Source of the DNA: Eledone cirrhosa
Taxonomy: Eukaryota
DNA: 64,000 bases
Assembly: GCA_964016885.1 (NCBI GenBank)
Contig: OZ024742.1
Location: forward strand, 196,540,001 to 196,604,000
Direction of reading: 5' to 3'
Under the pieces are notes generated by a model. The model saw only the letters and a program-made list of their open reading frames with translations, did not search any database and was not told the DNA's origin. Of the stretch, positions 13,285 to 26,700 are shown one piece after another. Numbering within the stretch: position 1 is the stretch's first letter; each line of letters begins with the position of its first letter. The position numbers and the translations under genes were made by a program.

Positions 13285-15801
13285 ATCAAAAGATTGTTAA
13301 AAGAGTTCCAAGTATTTTATTATGCGCATTTCAAAAACAAATATCATCATGGGATGATATCTGCGTTCTCATCAGATAAAATAGGGATACATGATATGAA
13401 GCTTAAAAAACACTTGTGAATAGTGAAGTTTTAAATCAACATATGAAAAATAATTTAAGATTGATGTATGAGATTGGGAAAAAGTGAGTGGGGGTTGGAA
13501 AAGGTAAGGAAGAGGAGGAGATGAGAGTAAAGAATGGTGGGGGAGGAGTATAAGAAGGAAGGATGAGAAAGGAGGAGAGATGAGTGATAGAGAGAGAGAG
13601 ACAGCCTTTACAACTGAGAAAAAAAAATATTTTCTCACAGAGATAAGTTAAAAAGCCGTTGGAAGATAATAGATAATTTAAAAGAATTTGAAATTAAAGT
13701 TAATGAGGTTTATGCATGAAGAGAAAAAGGAATTAAGAATAATATTAAATTAAGGTTTGTATATTGAAGGGTTTAATAATATGTGCGAGGAAAAGAAATT
13801 ATTAATATGTATTATTAAAATAAAAATATTAATGTTATTAAGGATATAATGTGAAAAGGAGAAGAATGAATGAGTTATGAATTTAGAGGAATTAGTTAGG
13901 GTTTAAATTTGTGTTTATGTAATGTAATATGTGTACGTAATATGTGTACGCAAATAGTTTGTTTAAAAATGACCGCAGAAGGCAAAGAAGAAAAGAATGT
14001 TTAAGGAAGAAAATATCTAACATCAAAAAATATATATGTTTACGAAATATTTTCTAATGGTAATAATATAATATATTAAAAGAAATTAGTTAGGGTTTAA
14101 GTTTGTTTTTATGTATTGTAATATGTAAAAGTCAAACGAGCATGAAAGGATGAGATAAGAGAAATTTAAGGAAGAAAAATCTAACGTAAAAAAAAATGTT
14201 TATGTTTACGAAGGACTATTAAAGGTAATACTATAATGTATTATAAAAATAATAATTTTTAATGCCAATGATATGAGGAAAGATGGAAGAATGGATAATG
14301 TTGTGGTGAGTAATAATAAGAATTGAGAAGTAGTTAGGAAGAAAAAGTACAGATTAGAGGTTAGAAATTAAATAGAAAAGAGGAAGAAAGGAAAGTGATA
14401 AAGAGGAATGATATAGAATGAGTAACTTGTATTATATAATATATAATAAATAATATTGAAATAAGGTAGAAAGATGGGTATATTTTTAAAAGATATATAA
14501 GCCTTTGAGAAAAAGGATTTTAAACTAGTAAGGTATTAGATATTAGCTGTATACTTTATGGAATGTTCTGTGGAATTTATGCAAGCAGAGAGAAAATAAA
14601 TCCGTGCGTCTATTTATTATAGAATTGAAATTAGATATAATGGTAAATTTCTCAGCTAGGCAAAGATTACATGTTCAGGATAGGGAGGCATTCAAGTAGG
14701 GAGAGGCAGAACAAACTTTTCTCCAAAGATGTTATAGTTAATATTTTTGTCTTTCAAGGACCATATGAGTTCTGAGAGTGCCGTGTTAGTTCTTTTAAGT
14801 TGGTATTTAAAAGACGAATTGTGATTATAAAATCTAGCTTTGAAGGAGGTGGAAGTGGAACCGAAATAGGTAAAGGAATTGGTACCAGTTATAACCTTAC
14901 ATTCATAGACTAAGTTTTTATCAAGACAATGTTATTGAGAGGACATTTAGTTCTAACAGGGCAATTACAATTACGATTAGAGAAATTATCAGAGTTATTA
15001 ACAAGTAACCTAGTGTTATTTATAGGCGGAATTGGATTGGAGAAGTTATTTACGATAGGAATAATAGTTTCCTGATTTAGATTGGTATTATGAACATTCA
15101 ACGAAGTTACGTTTGACGTCGTATTTGAGTTGACAGAATCTAGCCTAGAGTTAACAATGACGTCGGGAGTACTACTGCTATTATTATGACGCTCAGTGTT
15201 GGAAGGATGTGATTTAATATTTAATATTTTATTGTTGTGTTTAGAGATAATGCTAGAGATGTTGGAAGAGGTGGAATAAGAAAATGTTATTGTATGTTTG
15301 TTAAAGATTTTACTATAGATATGTGAGGGAGGGAAGCATTTATCTAAGGCCCTAAAGAATAGGTTAGGAATATTATTATTAATAGAAATAGAGAAAGGAG
15401 CATTATAGCAGATTATATTTTTGTATCTAGGTCTTTTATTTAAGTTATTGGAATAATCATAATTGATTATTTTACTGTAAGACCTTCTAGGATGGTTTCT
15501 TTACTGTATTTAATTTTATCAGGATAACCGGCTTTAGAAAGCGTATTATTATAGTAATTGGCGTTAGCATCGAAGATATTTTTATTAGAGGATAGGTTTG
15601 ATATTCTTTTTCCAATATTACTGACTATAGCATTTTAAAAGTTAGTGGGGTGGTTAGATTTAAAATTAACATAATTTAGATTCTCATTGTTTTTATGGTA
15701 AGGGTAATATAGGCCAGTGTCAAGATTAAGGGATATATCCAAGAAGTTAGCTAGTTTGACGTTGTTATCAAATTCAATTTTAAGGTTATGTTGCTTAAAG
15801 A
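13285..15801 (-). mobile_element. Degenerate 5'-truncated AT-rich Penelope-like element (Naiad-like)
   Basis: Minus-strand translation gives NFLDISLNL, YPYHK, CYNAPFS, KIFNKHTI, CNCPVRTKCPLNN, YFGST..FKARFYNH, CNLCLAE; long pyrimidine-rich 3' UTR ending in a hammerhead. Confidence 0.8.
13313..13383 (-). ncRNA. Type I hammerhead ribozyme with long stem II
   Basis: tattttat-CTGATGA-gaacgcagatatcatc ccat gatgatatttgttttt-GAAA-tgcgca-TA-ataaaata; downstream of the minus-strand PLE ORF. Confidence 0.85.
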
Positions 15802-16778
<977 letters not shown>

Positions 16779-16860
16779 CAGTGTAACATGCAGTTACTGT
16801 AGGTTCACCACAGCAAAGGTCCAACAGCTTTTGATTCCAGATTCAGGCCAGATCGATACA

Positions 16861-16905
16861 GATTGAATCTGAAGCTGCTCAATAGCGAAACGCACGTCAC
16901 CAATC
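16861..16905 (+). ncRNA. Degenerate minimal hammerhead
   Basis: gattg.aat-CTGAAGC-t-gct caat agc-GAAA-cgcacg-TC-ac-caatc; core and stems partly eroded. Confidence 0.45.
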
Positions 16906-16953
16906 AATAAACTTAATGAAGACATAACAAATCAACCTTTTATTATTATATTA

Positions 16954-16984
<31 letters not shown>

Positions 16985-18265
16985 TTCGTTTCTGAATTTG
17001 TTAAGCAAGATTATTTATCTGAAAACGTGTGTTGAAACCGATATTTTTATGCTTTGGGAGGGTCATGTTGCCAATAAGAAACACACGCACCAGTTGCTTT
17101 CACTCCAATTTATTATAAATTAAATTTATAAATTTAAGAATTTATAAATTTCCGGTTGGTTGGTTGGTTCCACAACCAGACGATTGTTCATATATTGTCA
17201 AAGTTCATTCGTCACACATTCTGTGACCTCTTCAGTGAATGGGGATTGTTTTCTTTGTTTTTTATGCCACTCCTTTGTTCTGTCCTACGCCATCTTGTTT
17301 TTGTGTGTGTTGTGTGCTTAGTTTGCGCATGTGTTACATCCGGGTGTCTGTGTGTGTTTATATTTGTTTATTTAATATGTTTATTTACATGTTACTGGTT
17401 GGTTGTTTGTTCTATGTGCGTGTGTGTTTCATTTTGTCCTTAATTGTAAGTTGTGATGTTGCTATTCCATTCATGTTTTCTATTTAATTTTGGTTGGAGT
17501 TCATTTATGTTTATTGCCTCTGATTTGTCTTTTCTGACTGTAGATTCTATTTTTATTTCTATGTTCTTTAATTTACCCTTATGTTCTATTTTAGCATGTT
17601 GGTAGAGTACAGATGATTCTTTACTATCTTGAAGCTCTCGCCAGTGTTCATTTATCCGTTCTCCTATACTACTAGCTGTCTCACCTATGTACACTATATT
17701 TTTGTCTCTACATTGTCCTTCAGTACATTTTATGCTATACACTACATTTCTAGTTTTACAGTTAATATGGGGGCTTAGTTTACAGATTATACATTTCTTA
17801 TCTATACAGGGAGGCCTTTGAAAAGAGTATGTATTGCTAATAAGTGTTTTTATGGAGGTACCTGGTCTTTCTACTATCTTAATATTGAGTTTATGTTTAT
17901 CTAGGGCCCTTCTAAATTTGTAAGCTAATTCACCTCTAGGGGTTGTATCGATGAACATTACACTCTGGTATTTATTGCTATCATACCATGAGTTTATTCT
18001 ATTAACCTTATTCCTAGTTCTTTCTATTCCAAAATTTGCTTCTATACAAGGGGCAGGTCCCATTTGTATCATTATTTACCATTTTTTGCCATTTGATTCT
18101 GGCTCCTCTATACACTCTGATTTTATCTCTCTGATTGTAACCAGAGAACTGCATACGGTGGATGAAGTGTTGTATGTGTCTCTCTAGTTCTTTGGGGTTG
18201 CACATGCGGGACACGTTTCTCATCACCCATACCAAATCCGCAATCAGACCCTCCCAAAGCATAAC
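16985..18265 (-). mobile_element. 5'-truncated Penelope-like element of a different subgroup (Cys-rich linker plus GIY-YIG)
   Basis: ORFs 18014-18262 and 17440-18072: RMQFSGY, CIDKKCIIC..CKTRNVVYSIKC..C..VYIGET..RINEH..EAININELQPKLN; CTGAAGA plus GTCACA/TGTGAC hairpin near 17205-17240. Confidence 0.85.
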
Positions 18266-18300
18266 AATATATATATATACATATATATATATACATATAC

Positions 18301-18369
<69 letters not shown>

Positions 18370-18432
18370 GAATATATATATATATATGAATATATATATA
18401 TATATGAATATATATATATATATATATATATA

Positions 18433-18475
<43 letters not shown>

Positions 18476-18860
18476 GTATATATATATATATATAAAGTAT
18501 GTATGTACGTATTTATGTACATATGCATTTTTTATGTATGTTTCTCATTAAACATTTATATTTAAAGACTTACTTTGTAAGAGCAATTTTTGAATTTTGT
18601 TTTATCTATTAAAAAAATATTTACAGACAATTTTCAAGTGAATTTATTCAGCAGCTACTTCCAAAGTGTTTATACATTCAACTTAAATACTAAAGGTTGT
18701 GAAGAAAAAAACCTAAATATTTTATTGATTTTTTCTGCAATTTTACCCATCAAAAACACTCCATTTCAAATATTGATCTGTCTCGTGTGTGTTATTGACA
18801 ATTTATGTCTTGGCCAAGTCAATGGAGTAGCAATTTCAAATGATCCCTTTTTCAATTTAA

Positions 18861-19081
18861 CCCTTTAGCATTCACATTACTCTATATTTACTATTAGATG
18901 TTCATGGTAAAGGCTTTCTCCTACATAATTATCTCACATAATATTGAATTTATGAGATTTTGCTATTATTTTTTCTGAGAATAACACCTTAACATCAGTA
19001 TGAGTGGCTGGTTACAGCCGGTTTGAACAGAAAAAAGTGAGAGAATTTTGGCCAGATACAACCGGTTTAAATGCTTATGGG
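18861..19081. mobile_element. piggyBac-type MITE
   Basis: TTAA-CCCTTTAGCATT...AATGCTTATGGG-TTAA; second copy at 19862-20081. Confidence 0.75.
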
Positions 19082-19359
19082 TTAACTCTCTTCTTACCAA
19101 GCCTTTGGCTCTATGAAACAAAACCTCCAATTTTAAAGAGTTTCTATTTGAAATAAAATCTTCCACACTGATAAATTAGATAACTAAGCCATTCTCACCT
19201 TCCCTTTCTTAAATTGATTGTAATTTACCAGTAATTTATGACTAGCTGCCAATCTTATATGTCTTCATATGTTTTATGTAATAAATATATTAAATGTTGG
19301 TAGAGATGCACAGATGCATGGCAACAGAGTCACTATGCCTCACCCGTTAAAATGCTGAC

Positions 19360-19858
19360 ACACACATAAAAATGTTGCTACATGCACACACACACAAAAT
19401 GTTGCCACACTCTCAGAACAAAATGTGGCTATACGCACACACAATAAAATGTGTGGCCACACAATCAGTTTTGCCTCACACATCAAAACATTTCCACACA
19501 GACACACACATACACACACCAAATTGTGGCCACACACACAGAATAAAATGTGGTTATACACACACACACACACACAATAAAATGTGTGGCCACACAATCA
19601 TAGTGTTGCTTCACACATCAAAATTCTGCTACACACACACACCAAAATATTGTCACACACATCAAAATGATGCTACATACACACACACACCAAAATGTTG
19701 TCACACACATCAAAATGCTGCTACACACACACACACACAAAAATGTTGTCACACACATCAAAATGCTGTTACAAGCATCATAATGTTGTGTCACACACCC
19801 GAATGTTCTCACACACACCACAGTGTTACTACACACACAAAAATGTTGTCACACACCA
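19360..19858. repeat. Degenerate CA-rich minisatellite (CACACACACAAAATGTTGC-like)
   Basis: Recurrent ~19-22-bp unit. Confidence 0.8.
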
Positions 19859-19861
19859 TAA

Positions 19862-20081
19862 CCCTTTAGCTTTCACATTACTCTATATTTTCTATCATAT
19901 TTTCATGGTGAAGGCTTTATCTCACATAATATCTCACATAATATCGAATCTATGTGATTTTGATGATATTTATTTTGAGAACAATACCTTAACATCAGTA
20001 TGAATGGCCAGTTACATCCAGTTTGAATAGAAAGAGTTGAGAGAATTCTGGTCGGATATAGCCGGTTTAAATGCTAAACGG
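19862..20081. mobile_element. piggyBac-type MITE, second copy
   Basis: ATAA-CCCTTTAGC...AATGCTAAACGG-TTAA; colinear with 18861-19081. Confidence 0.75.
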
Positions 20082-22257
20082 TTAAAATGTTGCTACACAT
20101 ATCAAAGCGTTGCGGCGCAGTAGCCTTAAAATATTCCCACTGTATCTTTGAATTAAATAATTTTATTCAAAGCATTCTGCTCACTGGTTGAAATAAATTA
20201 AAGAGAGCATTAGTTGTAAGCTTAAGAATTCATCATCACAGAATAAGTCAGTATTCAATACCAACCACTGAGCTCTAACTTTACAGGGTGAACTGGATAT
20301 TTTTCATAACACCAGCACTAGAGAGATTATTATGTCATGACTGAAGAATCCTCTTAACCCTTAATGACATAGTTTCTATGGCTGAAAGCTATTCCTAATA
20401 TTAACTGCTTTACAGAATGTACTGGTTGTGTTTTATCATTTTAGCTAAATCATGAGCAGGCTACAACTGGGGATAATATGGAATTAATTTGGGATTATTT
20501 CATTGTAATAAAGCCCAGAGCCTACCCACTAAGGCTAAGCTCTTTCACCTAGAATGTAATAAACCCCACCCGGAATCTAAATACTAGGCTAAGCTCCTTT
20601 ACTAGGAATGTAGTAAAACCCAAAGTCTAACTAGTAGGCTAAGCTCTTTCACCAAAAATGTAATAAAGCCCACACAGAGTCTAACTACTAGGCTAAGCTC
20701 CTTTATTAAGAATGTAATAAAGACCAGAAACTAACTACGAGGCTAAGCTACTTTACTATGAATGTAATAAAGCCCAGAGTCTAATTACTAGGCTAAGCTC
20801 CTTTACTAGGAATGTAATAAAGCCCAGAGTCTAACTACTAGGCCAAACTCCTTTGCTAGGAATGTAATAAAGCCGAGAGTCTAACTACTAGGCTAAGCTC
20901 CTTTACTAGGAATGTAATAAAGCCTGAAGTCTAACTACTAGGCTAAGCTCTTTTACTAGGAATGTAATAAAGCCCAGAGTCTAATTACTAGGCCAAACTC
21001 CTTCACTTGGAATGTAATAAAGCCACCTAAAGTCTAACTACTAGGCTAAGATCCTTCACTAGGAATGTGATAAAGCACAGAGTCTAACTACTAGGCTTAG
21101 CTCCTTCACTACAAATGTAATAAAGCCTAAACTCTAACTAGTAGGCTAAGCTCCTTTACTAGGAATGTAATAAAGCCCAGAGTCTAACTACTTGGCTAAA
21201 CTCCTTTACTAGGAATGTAATAAAGCCCAGAGTCTAACTACTAGGCTAAGCTCCTTCACTAGGAATGTAATAAAGCCCAGAGTCTAATTACTAGTCTAAG
21301 CTCCTTTACTAGGAATGTAATAAAGCCCAGAGTCTAACTACAAGGCAAAACTCCTTTACTAGGAATGTAATAAAGCCCAGAGTCTAACTACTAGGCTAAG
21401 CTCCTTCACTAGGAATGTAATAAAGCCTAAGGTCTAACTACTAGTCTAAGCTCCTTTACTAGGAATGTAATAAAGCCCAGAGTCTAACTACTAGGCCAAA
21501 CTCCTTTACTAGGAATGTAATAAAGCCCAAAGTCTAACTACTAGGCTAAGCTCCTTTACTAGGAATGTAATAAAGCCCAGAGTCTAACTACTAGGCTAAG
21601 CTCCTTCACTAGAATTGTAATAAAGCCTGGAGTCAAACTACTAGGCTAAGCTCTTTTACTAGGAATGTAATAAAGCCCAGAGTCTAACTACTAGGCCAAA
21701 CTCCTTTACTAGGAACGTAATAAAACCCTGAGTCTAACTACTAGGCCAAACTCCTTCACTTGGAATGTAATCACCTAAAGTCTAACTACTAGGTTAAGAT
21801 CCTTCACTAGGAATGTAATAAAGCCCAGAGTCTAATTACTAGGCTAATCTCCTTTACTAGGAATGTAATAAAGCCGAGAGTCTAACTACTAGGCTAAGCT
21901 CCTTTACTAGGAATGTAATAAAGCCGAGAGTCTAACTACTAGGCTAAGCTCCTTTACTAGGAATGTAATAAAGCCGAGAGTCTAACTACTAGGCTAAGCT
22001 CCTTTACTAGGAATGTAATAAAACCCAGACTCTAACTACTTGGCTAAGCTTCGTTACTAGCAATGTAATAAAGCCCAGAGTATAACTACTAGGCTAATCT
22101 CCTTTACTAGGAATGTAATAAAGCCTCGAGTCTAACTACTAGGCTAAGTTCCTTTACCAGGAATGTAATAAAGCCCAGAGTTTAACTACTAGGCTAAGCA
22201 CCTTTACTAGGAATGTCATAAAGCCCAGAGTCTAACTATGAGGCTAAGTTCCTTTAC

Positions 22258-22697
22258 TAGTTTAGGAGAGATGGTCACCATTTTCGAAGGCTGCAGTGTT
22301 TGTATGATTTAGAGGGGAGTTCGTTACCCTAGCTTGGCTGGTAGAACATCTCTACTATTTGTTGTTAGGTGTAGGTACACAATTAAGCAAAAAAGAACAT
22401 ACCTCGAGATTATATGTACATGAGCATTATAATCAGAGAAATTAACAAAACAGGTTATCATATCAGTTGTTCCTAGGTTGGTAATTCGTAATTATCATTA
22501 ATTGGATGTCTTCAATTATCACATGATCGCATGGTTTGCTATCGCATTTTCGCCACTGTTAAACACATCTGTTCGCCTCAAGAGACAAAAGTCGAAGAGA
22601 GAGTTTATGCAGCTACTGGCGTCAGAACGTGACGCCAAAACTAAGGGCAGTTAATTGACTACCTCCAAAGTCAAAACTAGGTGGCGTGATCTTCTAT
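22258..22697. mobile_element. ~440-bp non-coding insertion in the satellite
   Basis: Non-satellite sequence; diverged second copy at ~23353-23752. Confidence 0.6.
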
Positions 22698-23352
22698 ACT
22701 AGGAATGTAATAAAACCCAGAGTTTAACTACTAAGCTAAACTCCTTCACTAGGAATGTAATAAAGCCCAGAGTCTAATTACTAGGCCAAACTCCTTTTCT
22801 AGGAATGGAATAAAGCCAAGAGTCTAACTACTCGGCTAAGCTCCTTCACTAGGAATGTAATAAAGACCTGAGTCAAACTACTAGGCTAAGCTCCTTCACT
22901 AGAAATGTAATAAAGCCTGGAGTCTAACTACTAGGCTAAGCTCTTTTACTAGGAATGTAATAAAGCCCAGAGTCTAACTACAAGGCCAAACTCCTTTACT
23001 AGGAACATAATAAATCCCTGAGTCTAACTAGTAGGCTAAGCTCCTTTACTAGGAATGTAATAAAGCCCTGCGTCTAACTACTAGGCCAAACTCCTTCACT
23101 TGGAATGTAATAAAGCCCAACTAGAGTCTAACTACTAGGCTAAGCTCCTTCACCAGGAATGTGATAAAGCCCAGAGTCTAACTACTCAGCTAAGCTCCTT
23201 CACTAGGAATGTAATAAAGCCCAGAGTCTAACTACTAGGCTAGCTCCTTCCCTAGGAATGTAATAAAGCCCAGAGTCTAACTACTAGGCTAAGCTCTTTT
23301 ACTAGGAATGTAATAAAGCACAGAGTCTAACTACGAGGATAAGTTCCTTTAC

Positions 23353-23752
23353 TAGTTTTGGAGAGATGGTCACCATTTTAGAAGGTTGCATTGTTTTTAT
23401 GATTTAGAGGGGAGTTCATTACCCTAGCTTGGCTGGTAGAACATCTCTATAAGCAAAAAAGAACATACCTGGAGATTATATGTACATGATCATTTTAATC
23501 AGAGCAATTAACAAAACAGGTTATCATATCAGGTTGGTAATTCGTAATTATCATTAATTGGCGGTCTTCAATTATACCGTGATCGCATGGTGTGCTATCG
23601 CGGTTTCGCCACCGTGAAACACATCTGTTCGCCTCAAGATACAAAAGTCAAAGAGAGAGTTTATCCAGCTACTGACGTCAGAACGTGACGCCAGAACTAA
23701 GGGCAGTTAATTGACTACCTCCAAAGTCAAAGCTAGGTGGCGTGATCTTCTA
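23353..23752. mobile_element. Second copy of the satellite-embedded insertion
   Basis: Colinear with 22258-22697 with two internal deletions; same position within the 50-bp unit. Confidence 0.6.
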
Positions 23753-26700
23753 CACTCAGAATGTAATCAAACCCAGAGTTTAACTACTAATCTAAGCTCC
23801 TTTACTAGGATTATAATAAAGCACAGAGTGTAACTGATAGACTAAACTCCTTTACTAGAAATGTAATAAATCGCAGAGTCTAACTACTAGGCCAAACTCC
23901 TTCGCTCGGAATGTAATAATGCCCATAATCTAAATACTCGAGTAAGTTCCTTTACTAGGAATGTAATGAATCCCAGAGTCTAACTACTCGGCTAGGCTAC
24001 TTCACTAAGAATGTAATAAAGCACAGGTGTCTAACTACTAGGCTAAGCTCCTTCACTAGGAATGTAATAAAGCCCAGAGTCTAACTAATAGGCTAAATTC
24101 ATTCACTAGGAATGTAATAAAGCCCAGAGTCTAACTACTAGGCTAAGCTCCTTCACTAGGAATGTAATAAAGCCCAGAGTCTAAATACTAGGCTAAGCCC
24201 CTTTACTAGGAAAGTAATAAAGCCTAGAGTCAAACTACTAGGCTAAGCTCCTTCACTAGGAATGTGATAAAGACCATAGTCCAACTACTAGGCTAAACTC
24301 CTTTACTAGGAATGTAATAAAGCCCACACAGAGTCTAACTACTAGGCTAAGCTCCTTTACTAGGAATGTAATAAAGCCCAGAGTCTAACTACTAGGCTAA
24401 ATTCCTTTACTAGGAATGTAATAAAGCCCAGAGTCTAACTACTAGGCTAAGCTCCTTCACTAGGAATGTAATAAAGCCCAGAGTCTAAATACTAGGCTAA
24501 GCTCCTTTACTAGGAAAGTAATATAGCCTAGAGTCTAACTACTAGGCTAAGCTCCTTCACTAGGAATGTGATAAAGACCATAGTCCAACTACTAGGCTAA
24601 ACTCGTTTACTAGGAATGTAATAAAGCCTAGAATCTAACTACTAGGCTAAGCTCCTTTACTAGGAATGTAATAAAGCCCAGAGTCTAACTGCTAGGCTAA
24701 ACTCCTTTACTAGGGATGTAATAAAGCCCAGAGTCTAACTACTAGGCTAAACTCCTTTACTAGGAATGTAATAAATCCCAGAGTCTAACTACTCGGCTAA
24801 GCTACTTCACTAGGAATGTAATAAAGCACAGGGTCTAGCTACTAGGCTAAGCTCCTTCACTAGGAATGTAATAAAGCCCAGAGTTTAACTACTAGGCTAA
24901 GCTCCTTTACTAGGAAAGTAATAAAGCCTAGAGTCTAACTACTAGGCTAAGCTCCTTCACTAGGAATGTGATAAAGACCATAGTCCAACTACTAGGCTAA
25001 ACTACTTTACTAGGAATGTAATAAAGCCTAGAATCTAACTACTAGGCTAGGCTCCTTTATTAGGAATGTAATAAAGCCCAGAGTCTAACTACTAGGCTAA
25101 GCTCCTTTACTAGGAATGTAATAAAGCCTAGAGTCTAACTACTAGTCTAAGCTCCTTTACTCGGAATGTAATAAAACCCTTAATGTAACTACTAGGCTAA
25201 ACTCCTTTACTAGGAATGTAATAAATCCCAGAGTCTAACTACTCGGCTAAGCTACTTCACTAGGAATGTAATAAAGCACAGGGTCTAGCTACTAGGCTAA
25301 GCTCCTTCACTAGGAATGTAATAAAGCCCAGAGTTTAACTACTAGGCTAAGCTCCTTTACTAGGAAAATAATAAAGCCTAGAGTCTAACTACTAGGCTAA
25401 GCTCCTTCACTAGGAATGTGATAAAGACCATAGTCCAACTACTAGGCTAAACTACTTTACTAGGAATGTAATAAAGCCTAGAATCTAACTACTAGGCTAG
25501 GCTCCTTTATTAGGAATGTAATAAAGCCCAGAGTCTAACTACTAGGCTAAGCTCCTTTACTAGGAATGTAATAAAGCCTAGAGTCTAACTACTAGTCTAA
25601 GCTCCTTTACTCGGAATGTAATAAAACCCTTAATGTAACTACTAGGCTAAACTCCTTTACTAGGAATGTAATAAATCCCAGAGTCTAACTACTAGGCTAA
25701 GCTCCTTCCCTAGGAATGTAATAAAACCCAGAGTCTAACTACTAGGCTAAGCCCTTTCACTAGGTATGTAATAAAGCCTGGAGTCTAACTACTAGGCTAA
25801 GCACTTTTACTAGGAATGTAATAAAGCCCAGAGTCTAACTACTAGGCCAAAATCCTTTACTAGGAATGTAATAACGCCCTGCGTCTAACTACTAGGCCAA
25901 ACTCATTCATTTGGAATGTAATAAAGCCCACCTAGAGTCTAACTACTCGGCTAACTTCCTTCCCTAGGAATGTAATAAAGCCCAGAGTCTAACTACTAGG
26001 CTATACTCCTTTACTAGGAATGTAATAAAGCCTAGAGTTTAACTACTAGGCTAAGCTCCTTCCCTAGGAATGTAATAAAACCCAGAGGCTAACTACCAGT
26101 CTAAGCTCCTTTACTAGGAATGTAATAAAGCCTAGAGTTTAACTACTAAGCCAAACTCCTTCGCTCGGAATATTATAACGCCCATAATCTAAATACTAGT
26201 GTAAGCTCCTTTACTAGGAATGTAATAAGGCCCAGAGTCTAACTACTAGGCTAAACTCCTTCACTAGGAATGTAATAAAGCCCAGAGTCTAATTACTAGG
26301 CCAAACTCCTTCACTAGGAATGTAATAAAGCCTAGAGTGTAACTACTAGGTGAAGCTCCTTTACTAGCAATATAATAAAGCCCAGAGTCTAACTACTAGG
26401 CTAAGTTCCTTTACTAGGAATGTAATAAAGCCGAGAGTTTAACTACTAGGCCAAACTCCTTCGCTCGGAATGTAATAATGTCCATAATCTAAATACTCGG
26501 GTAAGTTCCTTTACTAGGAATGTAATAAATCCCAGAATCTAAATACTAGGCTAAGCTCCTTCACTAGGAATGTAATAAAGCACAGAGTCTAACTAACCGG
26601 CTAAGCTACTTCACTAGCAATGTAATAAAGCCCAGAGTCTAACTAACAGGCTAAACTCCTTTACCAGGAATGTAATAAGCCCAGAGTCTAACTACTAGGC

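Noticed and set aside
14675-14677. In-frame TGA near CNLC in the Naiad-like PLE as selenocysteine (recalled for some Naiad elements)
   Set aside because: Not at a conserved Cys position, consistent with CGA-to-TGA decay in an ORF with other lesions; no SECIS identified
17195-17240. Complete hammerhead after the fourth PLE ORF
   Set aside because: CTGAAGA and stem II are present but GAAT replaces GAAA and stems III and I cannot be formed; kept only as a remnant
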